From positions 2,304,001-2,368,000 of the forward strand of contig OZ254086.1 in NCBI GenBank assembly GCA_965267575.1: a DNA stretch of 64,000 nt, given 5' to 3'. The position numbers were made by a program, and so were the translations under genes. Positions 9,156 through 18,618 of this stretch are shown piece by piece. This stretch comes from Calditrichales bacterium. GTDB lineage: Bacteria; Calditrichota; Calditrichia; Calditrichales; J004. A model generated the notes under the pieces. The model did not search any database. It was not told the DNA's origin and saw only the letters and a program-made list of their open reading frames with translations. Every line of letters begins with the position of its first letter. Within the stretch, counting starts at the first letter, position 1.

Positions 9156-12100
9156 AGGCCATAATTCAACTATATCGCCATTCTTTTCAAAGCCATGTTC
9201 CAGGAAAACTTTGCTGCGTGGACTCTCAGTAATGGCTTTATCATCGATTGTCTCGATGCGGATGCGGCGCATTGTGCCTTTGTTTCGTGCCAGTAATTGC
9301 TTCAATGCCAAAACCAGGTCGCGCGTCATGCTGTGCTCCCAACTCTTATCCAGCGTGATGCGCCGGCCGCGGTTTTCCACATAAGCCCTGACGCCACCCT
9401 TAAAAAAGATATAATTGCCGGACACCCGGCTTACGCGTATTTCACGGCCGCTGTCGTCCCGCAAGGGCCAGCGCGTTAATGTGCCGTAAGGCAGAGCCGG
9501 ATCGAAAACGCTGAGAAGTACGCCGGTTTCCCTGGACGCCTGTTCCGTGTCGTTCTGTAATCGCCGGAGGTGCTCCAAAACTTCCGGCAGCGCAAACTGG
9601 ATTCCGGACAACCCCTCAATAAAATAGCCCCGGCGAATCAGCCCCTGCCACTCCATGGTTTTCATTGTGTTGAACAGCTCAATCCAGGGCAACAATCCCT
9701 TTTCACGACGGTAACATTCCTTTACTACGACGCCATAACGGTTAAGCAGCAGGCGCGCCTGAAATAGGGCTATCTCCTGACGGTTGCGCTTTTTGCCCTG
9801 CACCGCGAAAGAGTGTTGTAAAAACCACTGACCGCCGTGCAACTGCCATGAACCCTGCATCCGCCTGTTGATGCGGCTTTGCAGACCGCGCGTTCGGGTG
9901 CTGCGCATATTCGGCGTAAACTGTGCGTCTGCCGCTTTTGGCTGTCCGCCCATATTTTCATTTAACAGCACATCAATGCTGCGGCGCCGCGTGTTACCGA
10001 TGATGCCCTTTTGCAGCAGACCGGAAAGCGCCCGGTTAATGGCGCCAAAAGAAAGCTCGCAGCCCGCGGCCAGGTCTTCAAATGTGCTGGCCCCGTTTTC
10101 CTTTAAAAATTGCCTGATCGTATTTTCATCCGTTGATAATTTCTCTGTTTCCACGGCTTCCGGTTGCCAGTAGTAGCCACTTCCTCGTGCTATCACGCGT
10201 GCTTCGGCTTGCCTGCCCTCGCGGGAAAGCTGCAGGATGTACGCGCCCGATTCCAGCGATTCGTCCATGCCCGTTTCAGCCAGCCGCGGGCCGATGATAT
10301 CATTCAGCAGCAGGGGATAGGGGGCGCTGAATCCGGCCATGCGACCGGCCGCGGTTTCAGGATCGCTGCTGTTTTGCCATTGCCACAAAAAGCGGCTCCA
10401 CTGTCCCCCGGGCAGCGGGCTGTCGAATCGGCGCCGCGCGGCTATGGCCGCCCGGTACATGCGCGCAAAGGTGACGCGGTCGCACATCCAATCCTGTTGT
10501 GAATCTTCGATCAGCTTTCCGTGAACGATTTCGTTTTTTTGGCGCAGTTCATTCAGGGCCTTGTTCAGCGTTTCCGGTTCGAGGCCGCTTTTTTCTAGCA
10601 CCGTTTCTATGGTTACGGCGGCGTGCCCCCGCAATAGCTGACGAAGCAATGCAGCGGGTTGAGCGGAGTCAAAAAGCGTCTTTTGCTCTGCCGCGATCCA
10701 GCCTTTCCCGAGGACCGTATCAGCTAAAACAATGCGTTTTTCAGCGGAAAGCTCTTTTATGAAGCTTGTAATGTCACCGTCACAACGCAGGACCAGTTCT
10801 TTTTCCGAAACGGGAGCCAGCGTTTCGATGACGCGCAGCAGCGATTCGGCATCCCGGGCGCGGCGCCCGGTGGTGAGAAACTGCTGCTGTTGTTCAAAGC
10901 GCGCGTTAAGGTCGGCATCAATCAGCCTGGCGATGTTTTCACTTTGCAGAATGTCCGCCAGCAGCCCGGTGAAGTTGATTCCCTGCGCCGGCTGACGCGA
11001 GCGGTCTGTTTCGTACATGTTGTCCGATATCATGCGGAAGAGCAGTGCGGCGGCCATGGGCGAAGGCTTTTTGTTGCGCCTGTGAACAATCCCGATCTCG
11101 CCGCTGCGGATGCGTTCGCTGAGCGTCTGCAGGCCGGGCCAGTCAAAAAGATCGTAAAGACATTCCCGGTAGGTCTCCACGATGATCGGGAAATCGTCGT
11201 TGGAGCGAACGGCCTGCAACACATCGGCGGAACGCAGGCGTTGCAGCCACAGGGGCACGCGTTTTCCCGGCTGCGATCGTGGCAGCATCAGGGCCCGCGC
11301 GGCGTTGTAGCGAAAACGGATGGCAAACATGGGGCTGTCGATCAGTGCGGCAACGAGGTGTTGCTCCATTTCTTCGGTTGACAGGTTGAAAAGGTCCGCT
11401 GCTTCGGACTCATTCTCATGCAACAAACGGATCATCATGGCTTCGTCGTTGTAGGTATATTGCACCTGTAGGCCGTGTTGACGCTCCAGGACGGCACCAA
11501 GGGCAATCGCCCAAAGACCGTTAATGCGCGCGCCAAATGGAGACTGCAGCAACAGCAGCGGCTCACCCGCGCTGTCCCGGAAATGCTCCACAATGAGCTG
11601 CTTTTCCCCGGCGAGGCCGGCGCCGCTTTCATTCTGCTCTTTAAAAGATTCCACAAGGCTGCGGGCGATCGCTTCATCGCAGGGGTAGTTTTGCTGCAGC
11701 CACTGCTCCCCGTTACCCGCCGCCACATGCTGCTGCAGATTGTCGTGGAAGGTGGCGATCAGGCGGCCGGTGTCATAATCGCGGTAGAGCAAATCCCCTT
11801 TCCAGAAAGGCGGCCGCGGTTTCACGTCGTTGTGCAGCGAAACGATCAAACGGTCCTGACGAATGTCTTCGATGCGATATTCGCTGTTGCCCAGGTAGAA
11901 GACATCGCCCGGTTTACTTTCAAAAACGAATTCCTCTTCCATCTCGCCGATTTTGGTCCGGCCCTCCGCGAGATAGACACCGTAATAGGCGCGGTCCGGG
12001 ATGGTGCCGCTGTTCATCACCGCGCTGAGGCGGCTGCCGGGCAGGGCTTTCAGGCTTCCATCGGCAATGTTAAAATTCAGACGCGGCTGCAATGCGCTCA

Positions 12101-13520
12101 GACTCTTCTCCGCCAGCTCCCCTTGCAACATCTTCAGCACCCTGTCGAAAGCGGCGCGTGACAGCGACCGGTAACAATAGCTGCAACAGACCAGATCGTA
12201 CAAATCATCACTTTTCCAGTTTTGGCAGGCCACTTCGGCTACGATCTGCTGGGCCAGCACATCCAGCGCGTTTTCAGGCACGCGCGTCTCCTCAATATTT
12301 CCGTCCAGCATAGCCCGAGCCAGCGCGACACAATCGTCCAGGTCGGCGCGGTAAAGCGGGATGATGCGTCCCTTGCTTGTGGCTTTTAGCAAATGGCCGC
12401 TGCGTCCTACGCGCTGCAAAGCCGATGAGACGGATTTGGGCGATTCCAGCTGCACCACCAAATCAATGCTGCCGATATCGATGCCCAGTTCCAGCGAACC
12501 GGTAGCCACAACCGCCTTAAGCGTGCCGCTTTTAAGACGGCTCTCCACCTCAAAGCGTGTCTCCCGCGACAGGCTGCCGTGATGGGCCAGCGCCAGGGCT
12601 TCTTTTTTATCCGCGCCGCGCTTGTAATGCAGCTCATTCAGCAGCCGCGCGGTCTTTTCACTCTGCGCGCGCATCGGTACGAAGATCAGCGTGGTTTTAT
12701 GCTGCTGGATCAGATCGTAAAGCAGCTTGTAAACATCGGGCCAGATGCTGGCCTCCGGCAAGGCGCTGTAGCTGGCCACCGGACTGATGACCCTGACATC
12801 AAGTTGCTTGCGCTGGCCCGTATCGACAATTTCGACCGGACGCGGAGAACCCGGTTTGGAAAAGCCTCCCAGGAAGGCGGCTACCCGTTCCAGCGGTTTT
12901 TGCGTGGCCGAAAGCCCGATGCGCACGGGCTCTTTTTGGCACAGCGGCATCAGCCTTTCCAGCGACAGGCTGAGATGCACACCTCGTTTGTTACCGCATA
13001 TGGCGTGAATCTCGTCGACGATGATATAGCGCAGGTCACTGAACAGGTGGCGGCCCTTTTCACTGGTCAGCAGCAGGTAAAGCGATTCCGGCGTGGTAAT
13101 GAGGATATCCGGCGGGCGGCGCAGCATTTTTTGTCGCACAGCGGACGGCGTGTCTCCCGTGCGCACCAGGGCTGTAATTTTGGGAATGTCGTACCCCGCG
13201 TCACGCGATTCCTGTTCGAGACCGGACAGAGGTTGGCGCAGGTTGCGTTCGATATCATTATTTAAAGCTTTAAGCGGTGAAATATACAGTGTATGGATTG
13301 ACTTCGCCGGCCCACTGTTGTTTATCTTTTGGCGCAGCAGCGTATCTATGCACCAGAGAAAGGCGGCCAGGGTTTTACCGCTGCCTGTAGGCGCGCAGAT
13401 GAGGCAATGGGAACCGGAAGCGATTACCGGCCAGCCCTGCACTTGCGGTGGACTGGCTTCCCGGAAATGGCGCCTAAACCACTGCTGCGTTATGGCATGA
13501 AAGCCAGTTTGTTTTAACAT
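9144..13520 (-). CDS. lhr: Long Lhr ATP-dependent helicase (SF2 core, winged helices, C-terminal AlkZ-like domain)
   Basis: APTGSGKT, DEIH, GLSAT, SLELGIDIG and QRVGRSGH; C-terminal RYGVV...RRGYFIEGLSGIQFA and FDPALPYG. Confidence 0.9.
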   Translation of the reverse strand: MLKQTGFHAITQQWFRRHFREASPPQVQGWPVIASGSHCLICAPTGSGKTLAAFLWCIDTLLRQKINNSGPAKSIHTLYISPLKALNNDIERNLRQPLSGLEQESRDAGYDIPKITALVRTGDTPSAVRQKMLRRPPDILITTPESLYLLLTSEKGRHLFSDLRYIIVDEIHAICGNKRGVHLSLSLERLMPLCQKEPVRIGLSATQKPLERVAAFLGGFSKPGSPRPVEIVDTGQRKQLDVRVISPVASYSALPEASIWPDVYKLLYDLIQQHKTTLIFVPMRAQSEKTARLLNELHYKRGADKKEALALAHHGSLSRETRFEVESRLKSGTLKAVVATGSLELGIDIGSIDLVVQLESPKSVSSALQRVGRSGHLLKATSKGRIIPLYRADLDDCVALARAMLDGNIEETRVPENALDVLAQQIVAEVACQNWKSDDLYDLVCCSYCYRSLSRAAFDRVLKMLQGELAEKSLSALQPRLNFNIADGSLKALPGSRLSAVMNSGTIPDRAYYGVYLAEGRTKIGEMEEEFVFESKPGDVFYLGNSEYRIEDIRQDRLIVSLHNDVKPRPPFWKGDLLYRDYDTGRLIATFHDNLQQHVAAGNGEQWLQQNYPCDEAIARSLVESFKEQNESGAGLAGEKQLIVEHFRDSAGEPLLLLQSPFGARINGLWAIALGAVLERQHGLQVQYTYNDEAMMIRLLHENESEAADLFNLSTEEMEQHLVAALIDSPMFAIRFRYNAARALMLPRSQPGKRVPLWLQRLRSADVLQAVRSNDDFPIIVETYRECLYDLFDWPGLQTLSERIRSGEIGIVHRRNKKPSPMAAALLFRMISDNMYETDRSRQPAQGINFTGLLADILQSENIARLIDADLNARFEQQQQFLTTGRRARDAESLLRVIETLAPVSEKELVLRCDGDITSFIKELSAEKRIVLADTVLGKGWIAAEQKTLFDSAQPAALLRQLLRGHAAVTIETVLEKSGLEPETLNKALNELRQKNEIVHGKLIEDSQQDWMCDRVTFARMYRAAIAARRRFDSPLPGGQWSRFLWQWQNSSDPETAAGRMAGFSAPYPLLLNDIIGPRLAETGMDESLESGAYILQLSREGRQAEARVIARGSGYYWQPEAVETEKLSTDENTIRQFLKENGASTFEDLAAGCELSFGAINRALSGLLQKGIIGNTRRRSIDVLLNENMGGQPKAADAQFTPNMRSTRTRGLQSRINRRMQGSWQLHGGQWFLQHSFAVQGKKRNRQEIALFQARLLLNRYGVVVKECYRREKGLLPWIELFNTMKTMEWQGLIRRGYFIEGLSGIQFALPEVLEHLRRLQNDTEQASRETGVLLSVFDPALPYGTLTRWPLRDDSGREIRVSRVSGNYIFFKGGVRAYVENRGRRITLDKSWEHSMTRDLVLALKQLLARNKGTMRRIRIETIDDKAITESPRSKVFLEHGFEKNGDIVELWPSAL

Positions 13521-13560
13521 GATTATTAAGTGACTTAATGGATTGCTGAATTATTGATTC
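13521..13560. repeat. Degenerate 8-bp periodic repeat (TTRATGRA-like)
   Basis: TTAATGGA TTGCTGAA TTATTGAT; same type as 32056-32215. Confidence 0.4.
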
Positions 13561-13577
13561 ATGCAATACGACAATCT

Positions 13578-15746
13578 CTAATATTGAAAAAGATAAGAAA
13601 GTTTGAAAAATACACCGCGGGCATCCAGGCGTTTATTCTCTACGGGCCACGGCCAGCCGCTGTCATAATTGGTGTAGCGGTTAAAAAGGCCGTTCGCTCC
13701 CAGGTAAAAAACGGTTCCCGGTGAAGGCGTATAACTGAGCAGAACGTTGGCATCGATGTTACTGCCATCGGGGTATGTGTTTTCTTCGAGGATTACGCGC
13801 AGGGCAAAATAGCGGTGCAGTTGCCAGATAAAGCGAAAACGATAGATGTCCTGTACGATTTCATAATTCAGATTGCCGCGTTGCCCGTCAAAAGTATAGC
13901 GGCTCAGGGATAATTGCGTGTTTACCGTTTTTGTTTTCAGAGTAAGATATCCGCTCAGATATTTGCCGTCTCCGATGAATGCCGGGTCACCAAAAAAATA
14001 GATATCTTCACCGAAGCGGTAATAGATACCCGTTTCCAGCCAGGAGAGTGTGGCATTATCAATGTCTATGCTGGCGTGAGGATAAATGTGCTCACGATTT
14101 TCCCAGCGCGTCATTTGATAGGTATAGTCCAGTGTAGCGGTTGTGTTTTTTGCAAATTTTACTTCCAGGCTGGGGATGATGTAGTCGTCGATGGCCTGGC
14201 CTTTATAGTTCCAGACGCGTGATGTGTAGATGGTAGGTCGTATTTGCTGGATGGCACCTTTGGAAAAAGGGAAATCCTGCCAGAACATAATAGCCGGCTG
14301 CCGGATATCCGTTCGATAGAGAAAGCCGTTGTCAGCTCGGAAATCGGGTGAAAGTTCGCTATAAAAAAGCTGCATATTAAGACCCTGACCGCCGCGCCAT
14401 AAGTTAAGATAAGCACCGTGGCCGTCACGTATGGGTTGACCGCTGTCCTTTGTATTGGAATAAAGTCCCTGCATTTTGAGGATCCAGTTTTGGCTCAGCG
14501 TCAGCCTTGTATCGGCACCCGCCAGACGGTTAAAGGTCCCGTCGAGTTCACGGTCGGTGACAAGTATGCCAACTTCTTGGCTTCTGCCCACATTGCGTTT
14601 GATCCTCAAAATATTGTTAAACATCGGCTTTTGGCGATCATTATCGATGGGCTTGAAAAAGCCGAGCACCTCATTATCGCTTGCGTATTGTTCAATTTCA
14701 CTTATAAGGCCAACGCTGTAATCACCTATGCGTCCGCTGAGCTTCGTGGCAAAAAGGGGATCGACCATTTGCCGCGTGTAGACTGCCTCGATGGGTGTCT
14801 GGAACAATTCCAGTTCTTCCAGGAAAAACGGTCTTTTTTCGCTGTATTGCAGGGGAAAACGGCGGTTCACATCAATCCTCGTGGCGTCCGATTCCACCTG
14901 GCTGAAGTCCGGGTTTAGCGCCACATGCGCCTTCAGGGCGGAGGTGATGCCAAAGTTTAAATTGATGCCCAGCTCTTCTTCTATGGCGCCATTGTCCAGT
15001 GTATTGCCATGGCGCAAGTCATTACGCAGGGCAGTCACTTCCGGAAGGATTTCCAAAATCCGTCCGCCTTCTATGTTCTTTATATCCGAAAGGCGCGCGA
15101 ATTGCCCGATGAACTCCGTTTGCCGGGGAACGATCCTGGGCCAGATGATATCTTTACCGTTGTGCTGCGTGCGCCGGAAACAGCCCATGCCCCACTCCAT
15201 GACATCCTTTTCCGGAAAATTAAGACTGGAAAAAGGAATTCGCGCTTCCACGATATAGCCCCTGCTGAACAAACGCCCGCGTGACTCAAACAGGAAGTCC
15301 GGCTTAAAGTCTTCACCTACCTGTTCGGTAAAAATGCCATCGGCCTGGATGCCGTATGGATTGAAGCCGAACTGGTAGGCATGCTGGCCATCATTAAATG
15401 TGTCCAGATAAATGATCACGAAGTCATCATCAAAAATGGCATCTCGCCGGGTTATGGAGGCGCGGATAAGATCGTTGTCCTCATAAAAGCAGATAACGGC
15501 TATGTACAGGTTGGCCTGGTCGTAGCCCAGCAGTACAGCCGTGCGCTCCTCGGCCTTCATCCCGTCAACAGGAAGGAATGTGTAAAAATCGGTGATCTTG
15601 GTGGCATTTTCCCAGACATCGTCGGTCAGGTAGCCGTCAATCTTCACCATTTGGTCAAACGGTTGCAGCTTAACGCGCAGGGGCGTTTCCGCCTGGGCCA
15701 TGAGCGTGGCCATCGTTGCCAGTATGAATGATATGCGTTTTATCAT
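13578..15746 (-). CDS. DUF5916 / CBM9-like domain outer-membrane beta-barrel protein
   Basis: Signal peptide; IDGYLTDDVW CBM9-like N-terminus; NPDFSQVESD and EKRPFFLE motifs; C-terminal beta-signal KLSYLFQY. Confidence 0.8.
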   Translation of the reverse strand: MIKRISFILATMATLMAQAETPLRVKLQPFDQMVKIDGYLTDDVWENATKITDFYTFLPVDGMKAEERTAVLLGYDQANLYIAVICFYEDNDLIRASITRRDAIFDDDFVIIYLDTFNDGQHAYQFGFNPYGIQADGIFTEQVGEDFKPDFLFESRGRLFSRGYIVEARIPFSSLNFPEKDVMEWGMGCFRRTQHNGKDIIWPRIVPRQTEFIGQFARLSDIKNIEGGRILEILPEVTALRNDLRHGNTLDNGAIEEELGINLNFGITSALKAHVALNPDFSQVESDATRIDVNRRFPLQYSEKRPFFLEELELFQTPIEAVYTRQMVDPLFATKLSGRIGDYSVGLISEIEQYASDNEVLGFFKPIDNDRQKPMFNNILRIKRNVGRSQEVGILVTDRELDGTFNRLAGADTRLTLSQNWILKMQGLYSNTKDSGQPIRDGHGAYLNLWRGGQGLNMQLFYSELSPDFRADNGFLYRTDIRQPAIMFWQDFPFSKGAIQQIRPTIYTSRVWNYKGQAIDDYIIPSLEVKFAKNTTATLDYTYQMTRWENREHIYPHASIDIDNATLSWLETGIYYRFGEDIYFFGDPAFIGDGKYLSGYLTLKTKTVNTQLSLSRYTFDGQRGNLNYEIVQDIYRFRFIWQLHRYFALRVILEENTYPDGSNIDANVLLSYTPSPGTVFYLGANGLFNRYTNYDSGWPWPVENKRLDARGVFFKLSYLFQY

Positions 15747-15762
15747 ATCGAGATCGGATCTG

Positions 15763-16839
15763 TTATTTTTGAACCGAAAAAAGCGTATACAATCCCAGTG
15801 TTAAAAACACCAGATTTCCCAGCCATGCGGCCATGACGGGTTCCAGCGTTCCCTGGTGACCCATAACCTGACCGAAACGAATTAGTATAAAAAATGCAAA
15901 ACTAATCAACAAGCTAATTCCGAAATTAAGTCCCGTTCCACCGCGGCGCTTACGGGAAGCAAAAGGGGCACCGATTAAGACGACAATGAAGTTTGCAAAC
16001 GGCATTGCGATCTTGAGATGTTTTTCTACCAGCCATTTTTTGGGATCAGCACCAATGGCGCGCTGCTCGGCGATAAACTCGTTCAGTTCGGTGTAGCTCA
16101 TTTCCTCGGGATCTTTTTGCTCGGAAACCAGGTTGCGCGGCCTGATGCGGCTGTCGCTGATGGTTGTATCTTTCAGCATTTCTACATTCTCTATTCCGTT
16201 GTCAAAGCTGCGCAGCCGGGCGTCTATCATTACCCACACGCTGTCGCGCCAGACCATGCGCCGGGCATCGATACGCTCCACCAGCCTGGGCCCCTCGAAC
16301 ATCTGCAGGCTTGCGTCGCGACCCTCGGCGGTTTTGCTGTTGTAGTATTTCATTGTCAATTTTCGGTCTTCACGGTCCTGTACATAAATATTGTTGCGGA
16401 TTGATCCGGTCCGCGGGTTGTCGCGGATATCGAAACGGTAAAGATCGATGCGCTTGGCGTTGGCTTCCGGTACAACGAGTTCATTAAAAAAACCGGCCGC
16501 AATACTCAGAATAATGCCTCCGGCAAAAACAGGCATCAGGATGCGGTACAGGCTGATACCCGATGAAAGCTGGGCTACGATTTCATTATGCTGGGCCAGG
16601 TTGCTTACGGCAAAAAGTGTGGCCAGCAGAACGGCAATGGGCAGCGTAAGACTTATAATGTTGGGAATGTAATAGAGGTAGTAAAGCAATATCTGTTCCA
16701 GGGTGGCGCCATAATCAATAAAGGTGGAGATCCTTTCGATCATGTTGACCACAACGAATATGACAATCCAGGCGGCCACCGCGGCCACCAGGTTAATGGC
16801 AAATTTTTTGATGATATAGAACGAAAGCTTATTGATCAT
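15763..16839 (-). CDS. lptG: LPS export ABC transporter permease (LptF/LptG family, LptG-like)
   Basis: LP...HNEIVAQLSSGISLYRI motif, 3+3 TM helices around a periplasmic jellyroll, AAWLGN. Confidence 0.85.
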   Translation of the reverse strand: MINKLSFYIIKKFAINLVAAVAAWIVIFVVVNMIERISTFIDYGATLEQILLYYLYYIPNIISLTLPIAVLLATLFAVSNLAQHNEIVAQLSSGISLYRILMPVFAGGIILSIAAGFFNELVVPEANAKRIDLYRFDIRDNPRTGSIRNNIYVQDREDRKLTMKYYNSKTAEGRDASLQMFEGPRLVERIDARRMVWRDSVWVMIDARLRSFDNGIENVEMLKDTTISDSRIRPRNLVSEQKDPEEMSYTELNEFIAEQRAIGADPKKWLVEKHLKIAMPFANFIVVLIGAPFASRKRRGGTGLNFGISLLISFAFFILIRFGQVMGHQGTLEPVMAAWLGNLVFLTLGLYTLFSVQK

Positions 16840-18307
16840 GCGTCTCTTCCTGCTTCACGCCGGCCCAGCGAAACTTGCGTCGCAGCCGGTTCCAATCGAT
16901 AAACGAGCTTTCTTTGACCGCGCGCCAGACAAGATACACCCCTACGACAAACAAAAGAAAATTGGGCGACCACATGGCCCAGAAGGGAGACACAATCTGT
17001 CTGTCCGCCAGTTTTTCGCCGCCGATCAGAAACATCCAGTACATCAGGAAAAAACCGATGCTCATGGTAATGGCCACGCCCATGCTGCCTTTGCGCGTCA
17101 TTATTCCCAGCGGTGCGCCAACAAGCACAAATACGATACTGGCAAAAGGTATCGAGTACTTTTTGTAAATCTCAACCAGAAACTTGTTAACATTTTGCTC
17201 CTGGTTTGTCAGGATCGTCGCGTTGGCTTTTATTTGCTGGTATTGCCTCTCGGCCTGACGGATAGCACGCAGACGCGCAACTCTTTGTGTGTGATCGTCC
17301 AGATCGGCCAGGCTCAGCGTATCCGAAAGCGCATTGAGACTGTCGTTTTGGATAATCGCCAAAAGCTTGTCTATTTCGGCGAAATGGCTCTGCAGGTCGC
17401 TGGCGGTTTTGCTTTTTTGAATCTCTATTTGCTTGCGGCTTTTTTTGACCTGTTCCATCATCATGGCCGTATTCATTTCCCTGTCACCGCGGTATTCGCT
17501 TTCGCTTTCTTCCAGCTCAAAATTGCGCGCGGGAATGTATACCACGTGGCGGCTGAAGTCGGAGCGTTGATATTCTTCGGGTTTGGCGCTGTCCAGCTCA
17601 TGGAACTCGCCGTTAAACAGGGTGAACACCAGGGCTTTGCGTTGCGGGGAGTATACCATGTAGCCTTCGCGGGCGTTTATGGTAGTGGTCTTGCCGGCGC
17701 TGGAACGGTCAAATATGGTTACATTTAGCAGCTTGTCCGGTATCTCCTTGTCCTTTTCCACATAGTCCGGGCCCAGCAGTTTTGCCGTGTCGGTCCATTC
17801 GTCCATTGGCGGTTTCTTTATGGATTCCACCACAAAAGCGAACGGGCTCATTTCATAAAAAATATGCGGTTCAAGCGAGAGCGTCGGTTTTTTGCGCTTG
17901 ATGGCCTGCATCATTTTGCGCGCGGCGTGGTTGGTTTCCGGCAGGATCTGGTCGTTAAAATAGATCATACCGAAGGTAAGGATCAGTCCAAAGGCAATGG
18001 AGGGTCGTATAATGCGGTAGATACTGATACCGGCCGATTTAAGAATGGTGATCTCATTGTCCGCCGAGAAACGGCCAAAAGCCATCAGCACCGCTATGAG
18101 TGTGGCCATGGGAACGGCCAGCGCCAGCATCCAGGCCAGGTTGAGCGTAATTAGTTCAAAAATGGTTAACAGGGGAATGCCTTTACCGAATATCTGTCCG
18201 ATATATTTAACCAGGAATTGCATAAGCAGGATAAACATGATGACGGAGAGGGCAAAAACGAAGGGGCCGATATGCTCTTTAAAAATGTAGCGATAGAGAA
18301 TTTTCAT
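16829..18307 (-). CDS. lptF: LPS export ABC transporter permease (LptF/LptG family, LptF-like)
   Basis: MKILYRYI..., DNEITILKSAGISIYRI, KKYSIPFA and AMWSPN; overlaps the lptG start. Confidence 0.85.
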   Translation of the reverse strand: MKILYRYIFKEHIGPFVFALSVIMFILLMQFLVKYIGQIFGKGIPLLTIFELITLNLAWMLALAVPMATLIAVLMAFGRFSADNEITILKSAGISIYRIIRPSIAFGLILTFGMIYFNDQILPETNHAARKMMQAIKRKKPTLSLEPHIFYEMSPFAFVVESIKKPPMDEWTDTAKLLGPDYVEKDKEIPDKLLNVTIFDRSSAGKTTTINAREGYMVYSPQRKALVFTLFNGEFHELDSAKPEEYQRSDFSRHVVYIPARNFELEESESEYRGDREMNTAMMMEQVKKSRKQIEIQKSKTASDLQSHFAEIDKLLAIIQNDSLNALSDTLSLADLDDHTQRVARLRAIRQAERQYQQIKANATILTNQEQNVNKFLVEIYKKYSIPFASIVFVLVGAPLGIMTRKGSMGVAITMSIGFFLMYWMFLIGGEKLADRQIVSPFWAMWSPNFLLFVVGVYLVWRAVKESSFIDWNRLRRKFRWAGVKQEETHDQ

Positions 18308-18484
18308 TAAGGCTTTTTTGTCCTGATTGAAAAAATTAAATCGGGAAATCTGCAAATATAGATAAAATGAAATTGTACGGCTAATAAAAAGTTCAGTGCT
18401 AAAATAATAAAATCGGCACAGAACCTTTTGGTATTAACAAAGTAACAGGCTAAATGTAAAGCGCAAAAGGATAAATATTTGCAC

Positions 18485-18513
18485 TTGCCAATAAGCGGCG
18501 AGTCTTTTAAATT
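18485..18513 (+). promoter_or_regulatory. Putative sigma70 promoter of the sprA operon
   Basis: TTGCCA-17 bp-TAAATT in the AT-rich divergent intergenic region. Confidence 0.55.
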
Positions 18514-18618
18514 CGCATTTCTAACAAAAAACCAGGGAGTGCCATCCGCTCATTTTGCTACCGATAGATAATATTTAGTTTAATTGTTTTTATGATCAAT
18601 ACATGTCAGGGATGGAAT

